64,000 bases of DNA from Nemertoderma westbladi (lineage: Eukaryota > Animalia > Xenacoelomorpha), in assembly GCA_032718475.1 (NCBI GenBank), contig JAUCBJ010003122.1, positions 1 through 64,000 of the forward strand, in the 5' to 3' direction. Made by a program: the position numbers and the translations under genes. Shown here in pieces: positions 21,626 to 32,500 of this stretch. Position 1 is the stretch's first letter. Each line of letters begins with the position of its first letter. The notes below the pieces were generated by a model. The model searched no databases and was not told the origin of the DNA. It saw nothing but the letters and a program-made list of their open reading frames with translations.

Positions 21626-22786
21626 GTATGTCGATAAAGTACAGTATATTTTCAAACTAGGCCCTCATGTACATCTTTCGGTGAAACTTCTTATTATCCT
21701 TTAAAATAATAACAAAAAGTTATTTATAATGTACAGTAGCCGCATTTTTAATTCCTCGACTTTGGTTTGAAGACGTTTGACAACGAGACAGAGTAGGCCT
21801 ACTGTACCGGTAGTTAAAATCGGATAGGGTGATTAATTTAAAATGATGAAGTTAAAAAATGACGATTTTTTCAAAAAATTCATCTTACTTGTGTTTAGTT
21901 AATTTATTCAAAATTATTTAAAATATAAAACTAATTTAATGATAACCTTAGTCCTTAACAAGCTTTTCATTGCGTCCCTCGGCGAAGTAGCTGAATCTAG
22001 AATGTGAACTTTATCCGGAAAACCCTTGTAGGCTATACTGCAGATTATTATAGGCCTACACATTTCATTAATTTTATTTCTTATGTCCAATTCGTGCAGT
22101 TACTACAATACTGTGCAAGTTTACATTCTGATGTTTTAACTACCTCTTGAATGGATTGGTTAATGCGCTATATTTTGGTTGGACGTTGAAATCATGTAAG
22201 GAATGGAAAGAGGTGTCCAGGGTTCGAACTTCTGTAATGTAAGAGTTTGGCAGGTAGAAAATGTTCCAGTTATTATCTGCTTATTAAAAATTAAATTATT
22301 CGGTTCATTATTAAAAAAATATATATACGAATAACAGTATACAGTAGTATACCGGTACATATATTAGAGTGGAAATAATGTATTATAATAAGGAATCGAT
22401 TTACAGACCATTCTCCTTAATTTTTACGATCGAATAGATTGTAATAATAAAGTAACTTTATTGGTAGGCCTAGTATTTAAGATTGAAATTCATTCATTTT
22501 GAAATATTCATTAAAAGCATTTCACAATTTGTAAACATAAAAGCTCCAATGAAATAATAATCTCTTGATGTTTCTAATGTATTTTAGCATTTGTTAGATT
22601 TGCATTTATGTAGTAGTTCAACCCCTCCCTCAATTCCTTGCTGGAAAATTATACTGTAGTTCATTAACCAATCCCAGGCACCAATTCAAGATATGTTCCT
22701 ACTACAGTAGTGGACTGTAGTGTAAGGATTGGGAACACGCTTCCGGGAACTATTACTACGGTAATAGTATCTGTTTTATTTGACAG

Positions 22787-22939
22787 GACATTGTATACTG
22801 TTTGGGCGTTGTTTGCGTGCTCTGAGTCTCATGGAGACGATCCAAGATGTCCTGGTGTTGACGCTGATGGTAATCCTGTCGGTAGTCCGATGTACTACAA
22901 TATGATGGGAGGCTATTCCAGTGTCATCATGACGGATAG
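22787..22939 (+). CDS. Unknown secreted protein, exon 4
   Basis: TTTGACAG| acceptor completes TGG; TLYTVWALF..MMGGYSSVIMTD; donor AG|GTAAAT, phase 2. Confidence 0.8.
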
Positions 22940-23464
22940 GTAAATAAACACTTTATGTAATGGGTTGTTATCATTTCCACATTATTACTCCACTTTACTC
23001 TACAGGTAGTTATAGTCGTCCTGTGGAATACTGTTGTTAATTTTGCAATATATCCCGCTAACGGTGTTGCCCTTATGAGGTCCACGCTGTATGACATTCA
23101 ACGATCATAAAAAAACAAAGAAATACTGACTAAGTGCAGGTATTCAGTAGTTATAGGTAAAAGTGTTAAACACGAAACACCAGAGGAAATCTGAGTTTCA
23201 TCTTACAGTATTTTGATGTTACTGTAATAGAAGGCCATGGAGGTCGTAACGAAGAAAATTAAAGTCAACTCTTATACAACGCTAACGCTCAAGCTAACGC
23301 CAACGCTAAGCCTAACGCTCACAGAAAGTACACCATTGTCATATAAAGTAACTAATTGGAGCATACTTGAGGCCGTTTACTGTAGGTGTACTGTTAGAGA
23401 TAGGACATGCAACTTAAGACTCCCTGTTCAATAGAAGTGTATAAGATGGTTTAGTAAGTGTTAG

Positions 23465-23550
23465 GGGCAAGTGGCTGAACTGGTTAGTGCTACTGGTAAG
23501 GCCTGATAGCCCGAAACATATGTATAGCGTTGGTTCAACCCCCGGTGACG
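23465..23550 (+). repeat. Possible degenerate tRNA-derived SINE head
   Basis: A-box-like TGGCTGAACTGG and B-box-like GGTTCAACCC; no convincing cloverleaf. Confidence 0.3.
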
Positions 23551-24304
23551 TGCTTCCACATTTTTTCCATTTCTGTACAAAACCATTCTATATTATACAT
23601 TACATAATAGAACGTAATGACTCAACAGTCCTAGCAATTACTCAACGTTATATAAACCACTTAGCAGTCTCATAAACGTATCACCTGCCATTTAGAGGGC
23701 ATGGGACTGTAAACATATGTACATTATTAGTATTTATACGAGTTCTATAAGTTCTATTACAGTAGTTCTTGTAAAAATAATTCGCTTTAGCCCTGACTGA
23801 AAATGACAATAAAGCTGTAGAAGTTTGCTTAATAACTATACTTCTAGTTGTAGAGGATTGATTTAATTGGTTACGACTTCAAGCCACCATTTTCTTTCAT
23901 CCTAAATTTCATATCATTTAGTCTACCGTTTATATTTTGAAACTTCTGGATTTTTCACCCTTCCATCTTTACTCCTTAACTTTTTGATTTCTGATTGTCG
24001 CATATGATAACTGAGTTGGATATCTGTTTTTCATATGATAAATGATAGGCCTACATACAGACATATGAGTTGAAAATGATTCCGATGTTACATGTTATTT
24101 TTAAAATCTTCCAGCTTTCCAACAAGATACGGTATGTCTTTACAAACGAGTGGCAACTAATCATTTACTGAAGTAGCCTATTAATTAAATAAACAACCAC
24201 TACCACTTCCTGTAATTGTACACCCGAAAGCAAAAACTGTTATTCGCATGAAGTGTCAAATAATAACAAACAATATTGTTTATATTTTTATTATTATTTT
24301 CCAG

Positions 24305-24497
24305 AAAGGGTTATGGGGCAATTGATAAACCATTATCGTATTGCCCACTGGATACTGTGAACCCCTTGATGGTTGTAAATCTGTTGGCCCACCCAGATGG
24401 AGTTATTTGGGGAGGCATGCCTGCTGGATTGAAAAATTTAGCTCCTTTTGCGGCAGATCACATAACCTTCCAAGTTGGTGATGAACTTCTGGAATAA
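24305..24497 (+). CDS. Unknown secreted protein, exon 5 (terminal)
   Basis: TTTTCCAG| acceptor completes AGA; KGYGAIDKPLSYCPLD..LAHPDGVIWGGMP..LLE stop; AATAAA at 24530-24535. The five exons sum to 957 nt = 318 aa + stop. Confidence 0.8.
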
Positions 24498-24685
24498 TGA
24501 TGATCAGTTACATTGCATTCCAAATATCCAATAAAACTATCTGGTCTACAGTTATCATGGGTGACGGGTAATAATTTATGTGATTTTATTTTTAATATGG
24601 CATTTCCTCCTGTAGAAATTGCAGTTCGTTGAATTAATTCTGAAATATCGTTTATTTTGATTAATAAGTAGGCCTACATTTTAAT

Positions 24686-24939
24686 CCGAAGGCGGGGTAG
24701 CTCAGTTGGTTGAGCGCCGGGCCTGCAATCTATTGGTTGTAGGTTCAGCCCCGCCAGGTTCCACTCAGCCTTTCATCCACTGGGGTCGATAAAATGAGAA
24801 CCAGTGAGTACCAGTTAAATAACTGGGAGCAAATCTTGATAGGAGTAGCGACCACACCTACCCTCGGGTAGCAGCTATCGAAAGAGGAGCCTTCGGGTCG
24901 CCTCCGGCTTCGGCCGACTGTTTGCTTGTTTGCTTGCTT
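24686..24939 (+). mobile_element. tRNA-derived SINE with Deu/Nin-like central domain
   Basis: A box TAGCTCAGTTGG, B box GGTTCAGCCCC, core ACTCAGCCTTTCATCC..GGTCGATAAAATGAG, (TTGC/TTGT)n tail, 11-bp TSD TACATTTTAAT at 24675-24685 and 24940-24950. Confidence 0.88.
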
Positions 24940-26193
24940 TACATTTTAATAGCTTGCTATAGGTGATAATATAATAAAAATAAAATAAAATAAAATTATT
25001 CTATAAATTTCAATTCTTATAAAATTATACTGTATTTCATTTTTTAAATGCACAAAAAAGTAAATAATTATTTGGCGGATCGTGTATTTTACATAATCTA
25101 TAACTTAAGTTTAAATTATGACTATTTACCGGTAATAAAACCCATTGATACCAACTGTAAGCCTACTGTACATTCAATACAACATACACTCATGTACACG
25201 AACAGAAAAGCTAGGATTGGCTTGAAGCCAGCCCCAGCTGAGTATATTCCTGTATTGTATCATGGCAACAGTATAAACTTATTAATATAAAGGCAGAATA
25301 CAGATAAGATGGAGTAGGGTAGGATACTGTTGTACCGATACTGTTGACACTGCTGGATACTGTTGTTTTGGCTATGCTACATTGTTGGGTTGTACCGTGA
25401 GTGTTGGCATTAGTACTGGACTGGGCAAGGTAGATGGAGCGCACTTTGTATGTATAATTCAATATACCGTATCAGCTTTTTGTGATTTGACTAATAATGC
25501 GTGTTAGTTCTTCTGGCTCCTTGTCCTCATCGGACGCTTTTTGCAGCATTATGTTACTGTTGAGAATGTACCGGTACCTAATTCGACTACCAGTACAAAT
25601 TGGCCGTTTTTATTGTTAATTTGCAACCTTCTGAAATAATTGAATTGACATACATTGCCAACCCATACACGCCGGTATGAGGTAAGGCCTACCTAATGTG
25701 GAAAATGTGACTGGCATTGACATGGCATCATAGCCTTAAGATATCAAAAGAGTTATACGTAATGCGGTAGGTTATAATGGAATACGGGAAGACGTGAAGT
25801 AAACCGTAGAGTAGCAGTAGAGTCGGCGTTTTGGATGTAGACCGAAACGGATGAATTCCTTAAGTTTACATCCGTAAAGTTCACACCCGATATATGCAAA
25901 TTAGAGGTACCGGTACTTGCCATCTTTAATAATAGTACTACTGCCTACCCGGGGCTGGTAGCTCTTATGATAAACAGCCAATTACAGTACATGACAAACA
26001 CATTGCAATCTCAATCAATAGTCACCCTAGTCTGTTTCTGTATTATGTAGGCCTAGTCTATTAAATCCGACGTATTAAATTTTGATTTTTCACTTATTTA
26101 ATTCTCATTATTTTTCCACCATTTACATTTGAGCTAATGAACTTCATTATTAACTATTTTCAATCACAATAAATCATCGAAGAACCACATTAA

Positions 26194-26196
26194 ATG
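26194..26196 (+). CDS. LZTFL1: LZTFL1-like, coding exon 1 (ATG only)
   Basis: AAATG|GTAAGT, phase 0 matching the next exon. Confidence 0.6.
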
Positions 26197-26512
26197 GTAA
26201 GTTGTTAATTGAATTTCCGGGTTCGGGTTGTATACTTCCCGACCTTAGCCTTTTTAGCTTCTGTGCAATAGCAAATACCAATAGGTAAGGTACAGTGCGT
26301 AACGTAGAAGAGGTCTTAAGGGGTGGGTCTGTGGAAGTGGTGGATATGTAACCAATTTTATAACAGTAGGCCCCTACCTTAAAATACGTCCAGAAGAAAC
26401 GAGTTTACAGCTTGCACTGTTTCGAGGTGTCTTTATTTATATTATTGGCATGAAACATATCCCTACAATTAATCTACGCTTGCGTAGAATAACATTATCT
26501 TCTGTTGTTTAG

Positions 26513-26652
26513 GCGACGAGTAATAAGGTATCGGAGCCGAAATACCAGCAACACAAGACGACGTTGGTAAATCTGGTCCGATTCTGTCGGTACAGACGAG
26601 CGCTCATGATGCAAACAGTTGAGGCTTGTTTTGGGGATACCAGAGCCAGTCG
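26513..26652 (+). CDS. LZTFL1: LZTFL1-like exon 2
   Basis: TTTAG|..|GTAAGC; HKTTLVNLVRFCRYRRALMMQTVEACFGDTRASR aligns to recalled human HQNEVINYMRFARSKRGLRLKTVDSCFQDLKESR. Confidence 0.85.
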
Positions 26653-27618
26653 GTAAGCAAAATGGGCAGTGCAACAGTACACTACACCGCAGGCATTGGC
26701 GGTTAGTTGGTTTGGTTTTGGTTAGTTGATAAATTATTTTTATTTTTGTATATCATGAGATAAAATATCCTCAACCAAAATTAATAAATCCAAAATTGTA
26801 TTAATGAAATAATTATATTTTGTTAATAAGTGGGCATATGATAGAGCTAAGAGGCGTGTATATAGTGGTTGGAAAGAAACCGAGGTTAGTGCTAACATCC
26901 CGAGTAGGGGTGATTAATTAAGTTAAAATAAAATTGATGCAGCAATGACCAATGAGTGCGTTCGTTCAGGTATTAAATAATTTATTTAGCTTGGGAATTA
27001 ATATGGAAGGTTAAAAGCGAATTTAGTATGCAATATTTCGATGTGAATCGAATCATGATAATACGTCTAAAACAAGAGGTAACTACTGTGGTTAGCCAAA
27101 GATATGGTGTTTAAATATGGGAGTGAGTGGCGCAGTTTGAATTGAGTGATGCTCTACTAGCTTTAGCATCCTGATTAAGCCCCCTCTGTTTTGCACAACC
27201 TACCGATCAACTGATATGGATGCATGTCCGTCTTCTTGGTCACCAGTTGAGGGGTAACTGTTTTAATGTAATATTAATAACTAGAAAGTCAGCAAGCTGG
27301 TTATAAGAAGACCGTCTATAAGACAACAAAACCGAAAAAAACTAAATCTTAATTCCGTTTCTGAAGCGAAAATATGAACAAATATTTAACGATATCCAAT
27401 CCCGGCATCACTTGATGAAGCAACCAATTTAATATAAGCTAAGCATATAATATGCATGTATCCTAATAATAATTTCTACGAAACCAGAGGGCGCTTTCTC
27501 CCAATAATGGTTTGATTAATAATATAATGGAGGTAGAGTGTGAGTGGGGGTGTCAATATAATCGTCCAGTATCAATATACGTCTGCCCGACAGCTGTTGG
27601 GATTATAGGAAAACTGGA

Positions 27619-27806
27619 CACAATAAAAATATATCCCTCTCCAGGAGAAATTAGACGCAAATAACAGCTGATTACTCTCAAAAATAAAACTGTAACCTGT
27701 TCTATTGTGTTCAGTTTATTGTTTTGGTTAAAATAACGTGCCACTGTAACCTGCTCCTTTCCCTAAATTGAGAATTTAAGATTGAGGCGGGATATTAATT
27801 CGCCAA
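27619..27806 (-). repeat. Inverted copy of 9238-9423
   Basis: Sequence comparison. Confidence 0.9.
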
Positions 27807-28135
27807 GATCCCATCTTGGCGATCTTTGGCATCTTTACGTCCAGTCCCCCCCCCCCCCCCCCCCCCCTGTCTCAGCTGCACACATACTTGACATCCCAAC
27901 ATGTAGAACACGTTCTCTTCCAAGCCAATATCAATGTGCACGCACACACACAGACAAACAAACAACCATGTTTTTTGACAGCAAGAAGCCCAAACTGTCT
28001 TCTAATTATAATAAATTAAACAATAAATTATTGTTTTAGATCGACAGTTTTAAATTAATTGATTGAATGTTGTTGTCTAATTTTATAAGGAAATGTACAG
28101 GCCAGAGAGCTTATGTATGGGTATGGCTGTAATTA

Positions 28136-28780
28136 AACTAGAAAAGCCAGCAAGCTCAGTGTAGTTGGGTCCCTCCCCATTGAAAAGCTTTACTACTACA
28201 GTCTGAGAGAGAGAAATCCCAGCCCCTAAATGTAATTATTATTAACCTATAAAACATTGAACGGCCGAGTGCTTATAAATCAATCAGCTTGCGTCTCACC
28301 AAACATAGCAGTGAGTAAGTAACCTTTTAGATATTCCCATAGGATTCACTGGGAAGAGCTATTCACCTGGCGCCTAGTATGCAATGTTTACATTACCAAT
28401 GTTTGCTCTATGTCTGGGATAGAGTGAGATAGTAACAAACTTGGCAAGTAATATACTTCTCTGCAGTTTGGGCCTATCCATTCAATCAATAGTAGTAGCT
28501 TACTAGGCCCTCATGACCACCAGCAGCTGGTGTTTCTATCATTGAGTCTATGGCAATTTTCGTGTTATGGGGTTATTTTTCAAAATAAAAAAAAACTTTA
28601 TTTATAATAATTTTATCGAAACTTTTTTCCACATCCTGAGGTTGAGCTGCGTCGATTGATATAACTTTCATTGACCCCACGAGCTATAGTTTCGGAGGAG
28701 TTCATCTGATATACATAGATAGAAAGATAGATAGTGAATACTTTTACTGTAAGACTAAAAAGTCATAACGGTCTTCTAAT
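28136..28780. mobile_element. Possible non-autonomous Helitron/Helentron-like repeat
   Basis: Begins ACTAGAA..CAGCAAGCT (also at ~4569 and ~27280); (GATA)n-like tract near the end; short inverted motif AGAAGACCGT/ACGGTCTTCT at ~27306 and ~28768; internal part shared with 21042-21315. Confidence 0.35.
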
Positions 28781-28854
28781 TATTACATATACAGTATATA
28801 AATAAATATTGACTCATCAGTTTCCTTTTTAATTAACACATAATTGTAATATAG

Positions 28855-28993
28855 AGTCCAGGAGACAACTTACACTAAGGATGAAGTTAGCAACATGCTG
28901 GAAGAGCTAGAAGATACCTTGAGAACTGAAATGGAAGCGGAGATGATGTACAATTCCAGAGCTACTGTACTTCTATTGAGAATGTTGTTCGAG
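28855..28993 (+). CDS. LZTFL1: LZTFL1-like exon 3
   Basis: ATATAG|..GAG|GTATTC; VQETTYTKDEVSNMLEEL..EMEAEM..VLLLRMLFE aligns to LVEDTFTIDEVSEVL..EVESEL..VLLLRQLFA. Confidence 0.88.
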
Positions 28994-29496
28994 GTATTCA
29001 AAAATAATGTTAATCATTACTGAGATATAAATATTCACTTTTATGAAGAACTATCATCATACAGTAATAGTTTATTATTTTCTACCAATGTTCATTTTAT
29101 TATTATAGTATGCATTAGTTCATAGCACTAGTGATAGTACTGTAGTGAACATGAAAACCCACCGGAGGTTTCCATTACTCTCGTTACTTGTTGCAGTCGA
29201 GTGATTAAAATATGAAAACAGCAAACATTAAAATTGCAGATTTTAGATTTTTAGATTAGATTTTAGATTACTTTTGTGAATTTATTTAAAATTTAATGAG
29301 AACATTTGGAATACAACTAATTATAATTTCCAAAGTTTTATAGTGTTCTGCTTCTGATATAATATCTCCATCAGAACGTTCGTTCATAAACAGACCGCAT
29401 ACTGTAAGGTCGTACTTTACAGTTATCATAATGCAAAGTCGTACTTTGCATTACAGGCAAGAAAAAGTCTATAAATAGTTATTATATTTCATTTAG

Positions 29497-29596
29497 CAAG
29501 CTGAACAATGGGAGTTAACATTTTCCGCTGATCTCGGTCGAATAGAAGATCAAAGGGGAATGGCAGACGTCGCAGCTTGGGAGGATAAAGAATTCG
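29497..29596 (+). CDS. LZTFL1: LZTFL1-like exon 4
   Basis: TTTAG|QAEQWELTFSADLGRIEDQRGMADVAAWEDKEF(G)|GTTAGT; aligns to QAEKWYLKLQTDISELENRELLEQVAEFEK; phase 1. Confidence 0.88.
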
Positions 29597-32500
29597 GTTA
29601 GTTTCAGTTTAATGGGATATATAATTTGGTTAGTTTCAGTTTAATAGGATAAATCATTTGGTTAGTTTCAGTTTAAAAGAATCAATAATTTGGTTAGTTT
29701 CAGTTTAATAGGATAAAGAATTTGGTTAGTTTCAGTTTAAGAGGATAAGGAATTCGGTTAGTTTCAGTTTAATAGGATAAAGAATTTGGTTAGTTTAAGT
29801 TTAAGAGGATAAATAATTCGGTTAGTTTCAGTTTAAGGGATTAAGAATTCGGTTAGTTTCAGTTTAAGAGGATAATAATGCGGTTAGCTTCAGTTTAAGA
29901 TGATAAGGAATTCGGTTAGTTTCAGTTTAATAGGATAAATAATTTGTTTAGTTTCAGTTTAAGAGGATAATAATTCGGTTAGTTTCAGTTTAAGGGATTA
30001 AGAATTCGGTTAGTTTCAGTTTAAGAGGATAAATAATTTGTTTAGCTTCAGTTTAAGAGGATAAGGAATTTGGTTAGTTTCAGTTTAATAGGATAAATAA
30101 TTTTGTTGGTTTCAGTTTAAGAGGATAAATAATTTGGTTAGTTTCAGTTTAAGAGGATAAGGAATTTGGTTAGTTTCAGTTTAATAGGATAAATAATTTT
30201 GTTGGTTTCAGTTTAAGAGGATAATAATGCGGTTAGTTTCAGTTTAGGAGGATAAATAATTTGTTTAGTTTCAGTTTAAGAGGATAATAATTCGGTTAGT
30301 TTCAGTTTAAGGGATTAAGAATTCGGTTAGTTTCAGTTTAAGAGGATAAATAATTTGTTTAGCTTCAGTTTAAGAGGATAAGGAATTTGGTTAGTTTCAG
30401 TTTATTAGGATAAATAATTTTGTTGGTTTCAGTTTAAGAGGATAAATAATTTGGTTAGTTTCAGTTTAAGAGGATAAAGAATTTGGTTAGTTTCAGTTTA
30501 AGAGGATAAGGAATTCGGTTAGTTTCAGTTTAAGATGATAAGGAATTCGGTTAGTTTCAGTTTAATAGGATAAAGAATTTGGTTAGTTTCAGTTTAAGAG
30601 GATAATAATTCGGTTAGTTTCAGTTTAAGGGATTAAGAATTCGGTTAGTTTCAGTTTAATAGGATAAATAATTTGTTTAGTTTCAGTTTAAGAGGATAAT
30701 AATTCGGTTAGTTTCAGTTTAAGGGATTAAGAATTCGGTTAGTTTCAGTTTAAGAGGATAAATAATTTGTTTAGCTTCAGTTTAAGAGGATAAGGAATTT
30801 GGTTAGTTTCAGTTTAATAGGATAAATAATTTTGTTGGTTTCAGTTTAAGAGGATAAATAATTTGGTTAGTTTCAGTTTAAGAGGATAAAGAATTTGGTT
30901 AGTTTCAGTTTAAGAGGATAAGGAATTCGGTTAGTTTCAGTTTAAGATGATAAGGAATTCGGTTAGTTTCAGTTTAAGAGGATAAAGAATTTGGTTAGTT
31001 TCAGTTTAAGAGGATAAGGAATTCGGTTAGTTTCAGTTTAAGATGATAAGGAATTCGGTTAGTTTCAGTTTAATAGGATAAATAATTTGTTTAGTTTCAG
31101 TTTAAGAGGATAAATAATTTGTTTAGTTTCAGTTTAAGAGGATAAGGAATTCGGTTAGTTTCATTTTAATAGGAAAAATAATTTTGTTGGTTTCAGTTTA
31201 ATAGGATAAATAATTTTGTTGGTTTCAGTTTAAGAGGATAATAATGCGGTTAGTTTCAGTTTAAGAGGATAAAGAATTTGGTTAGTTTCAGTTTAAGAGG
31301 ATAATAATTCGCTTAGTTTCAGTTTAAGAGGATAAATAATTTGTTTAGCTTCAGTTTAAGAGGATAATAATTCGGTTAGTTTCAGTTTAAGAGGATAAAT
31401 AATTTGTTTAGCTTCAGTTTAAGAGGATAAGGAATTCGGTTAGTTTCAGTTTAAGAGGATAAATAATTTGTTTAGTTTCAGTTTAAGAGGATAAGGAATT
31501 CGGTTAGTTTCAGTTTATTAGGATAAGTAATTTTGTTGGTTTCAGTTTAAGAGGATAAATAATTTGGTTAGTTTCAGTTTAAGAGGATAATAATGCGGTT
31601 AGTTTCAGTTTAAGAGGATAAATAATGTGTTTAGTTTCAGTTTAAGAGGATAAGGAATTCGGTTAGTTTCAGTTTAATAGGATAAATAATTTTGTTGGTT
31701 TCAGTTTAAGAGGATAAAGAATTTGGTTAGTTTCAGTTTAAGAGGATAAGGAATTCGGTTAGTTTCAGTTTAAGAGGATAAATAATTTGTTTAGCTTCAG
31801 TTTAAGAGGATAAATAATTTGTTTAGCTTCAGTTTAAGAGGATAAATAATTTGGTTAGTTTCAGTTTAAGAGGATAATAATGCGGTTAGTTTCAGTTTAA
31901 GAGGATAAATAATGTGTTTAGTTTCAGTTTAAGAGGATAAGGAATTCGGTTAGTTTCAGTTTAATAGGATAAATAATTTTGTTGGTTTCAGTTTAAGAGG
32001 ATAAAGAATTTGGTTAGTTTCAGTTTAAGAGGATAAGGAATTCGGTTAGTTTCAGTTTAAGAGGATAAATAATTTGTTTAGCTTCAGTTTAAGAGGATAA
32101 ATAATTTGTTTAGCTTCAGTTTAAGAGGATAAATAATTTGGTTAGTTTCAGTTTAAGAGGATAATAATGCGGTTAGTTTCAGTTTAAGAGGATAAATAAT
32201 GTGTTTAGTTTCAGTTTAAGAGGATAAGGAATTCGGTTAGTTTCAGTTTAATAGGATAAATAATTTTGTTAGTTTCAGTTTAAGAGGATAAAGAATTTGG
32301 TTAGTTTCAGTTTAAGAGGATAAGGAATTCGGTTAGTTTCAGTTTAATAGGATAAATAATTTTGTTGGTTTCAGTTTAAGAGGATAAAGAATTTGGTTAG
32401 TTTCAGTTTAAGAGGATAAGGAATTCGGTTAGTTTCAGTTTAAGAGGATAAATAATGTGTTTAGTTTCAGTTTAAGATTATAAGGAATTCGGTTAGTTTC

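Noticed and set aside
24691-24765. Functional tRNA gene
   Set aside because: Acceptor and T stems do not close and the sequence continues into a SINE core and tail bounded by a TSD.
24880-24939. SINE tail derived from the RTE element at 58727-61013
   Set aside because: Only weak resemblance and different terminal microsatellites (TTGC vs TAG); cannot be supported by eye.
8754-27806. One giant TIR element or inversion carrying TAF2 and the host gene
   Set aside because: The two inverted pairs (8754-9078/20396-20781 and 9238-9423/27619-27806) cross rather than nest, one arm lies inside an LZTFL1 intron, and no TSD is evident; better explained as dispersed repeats.
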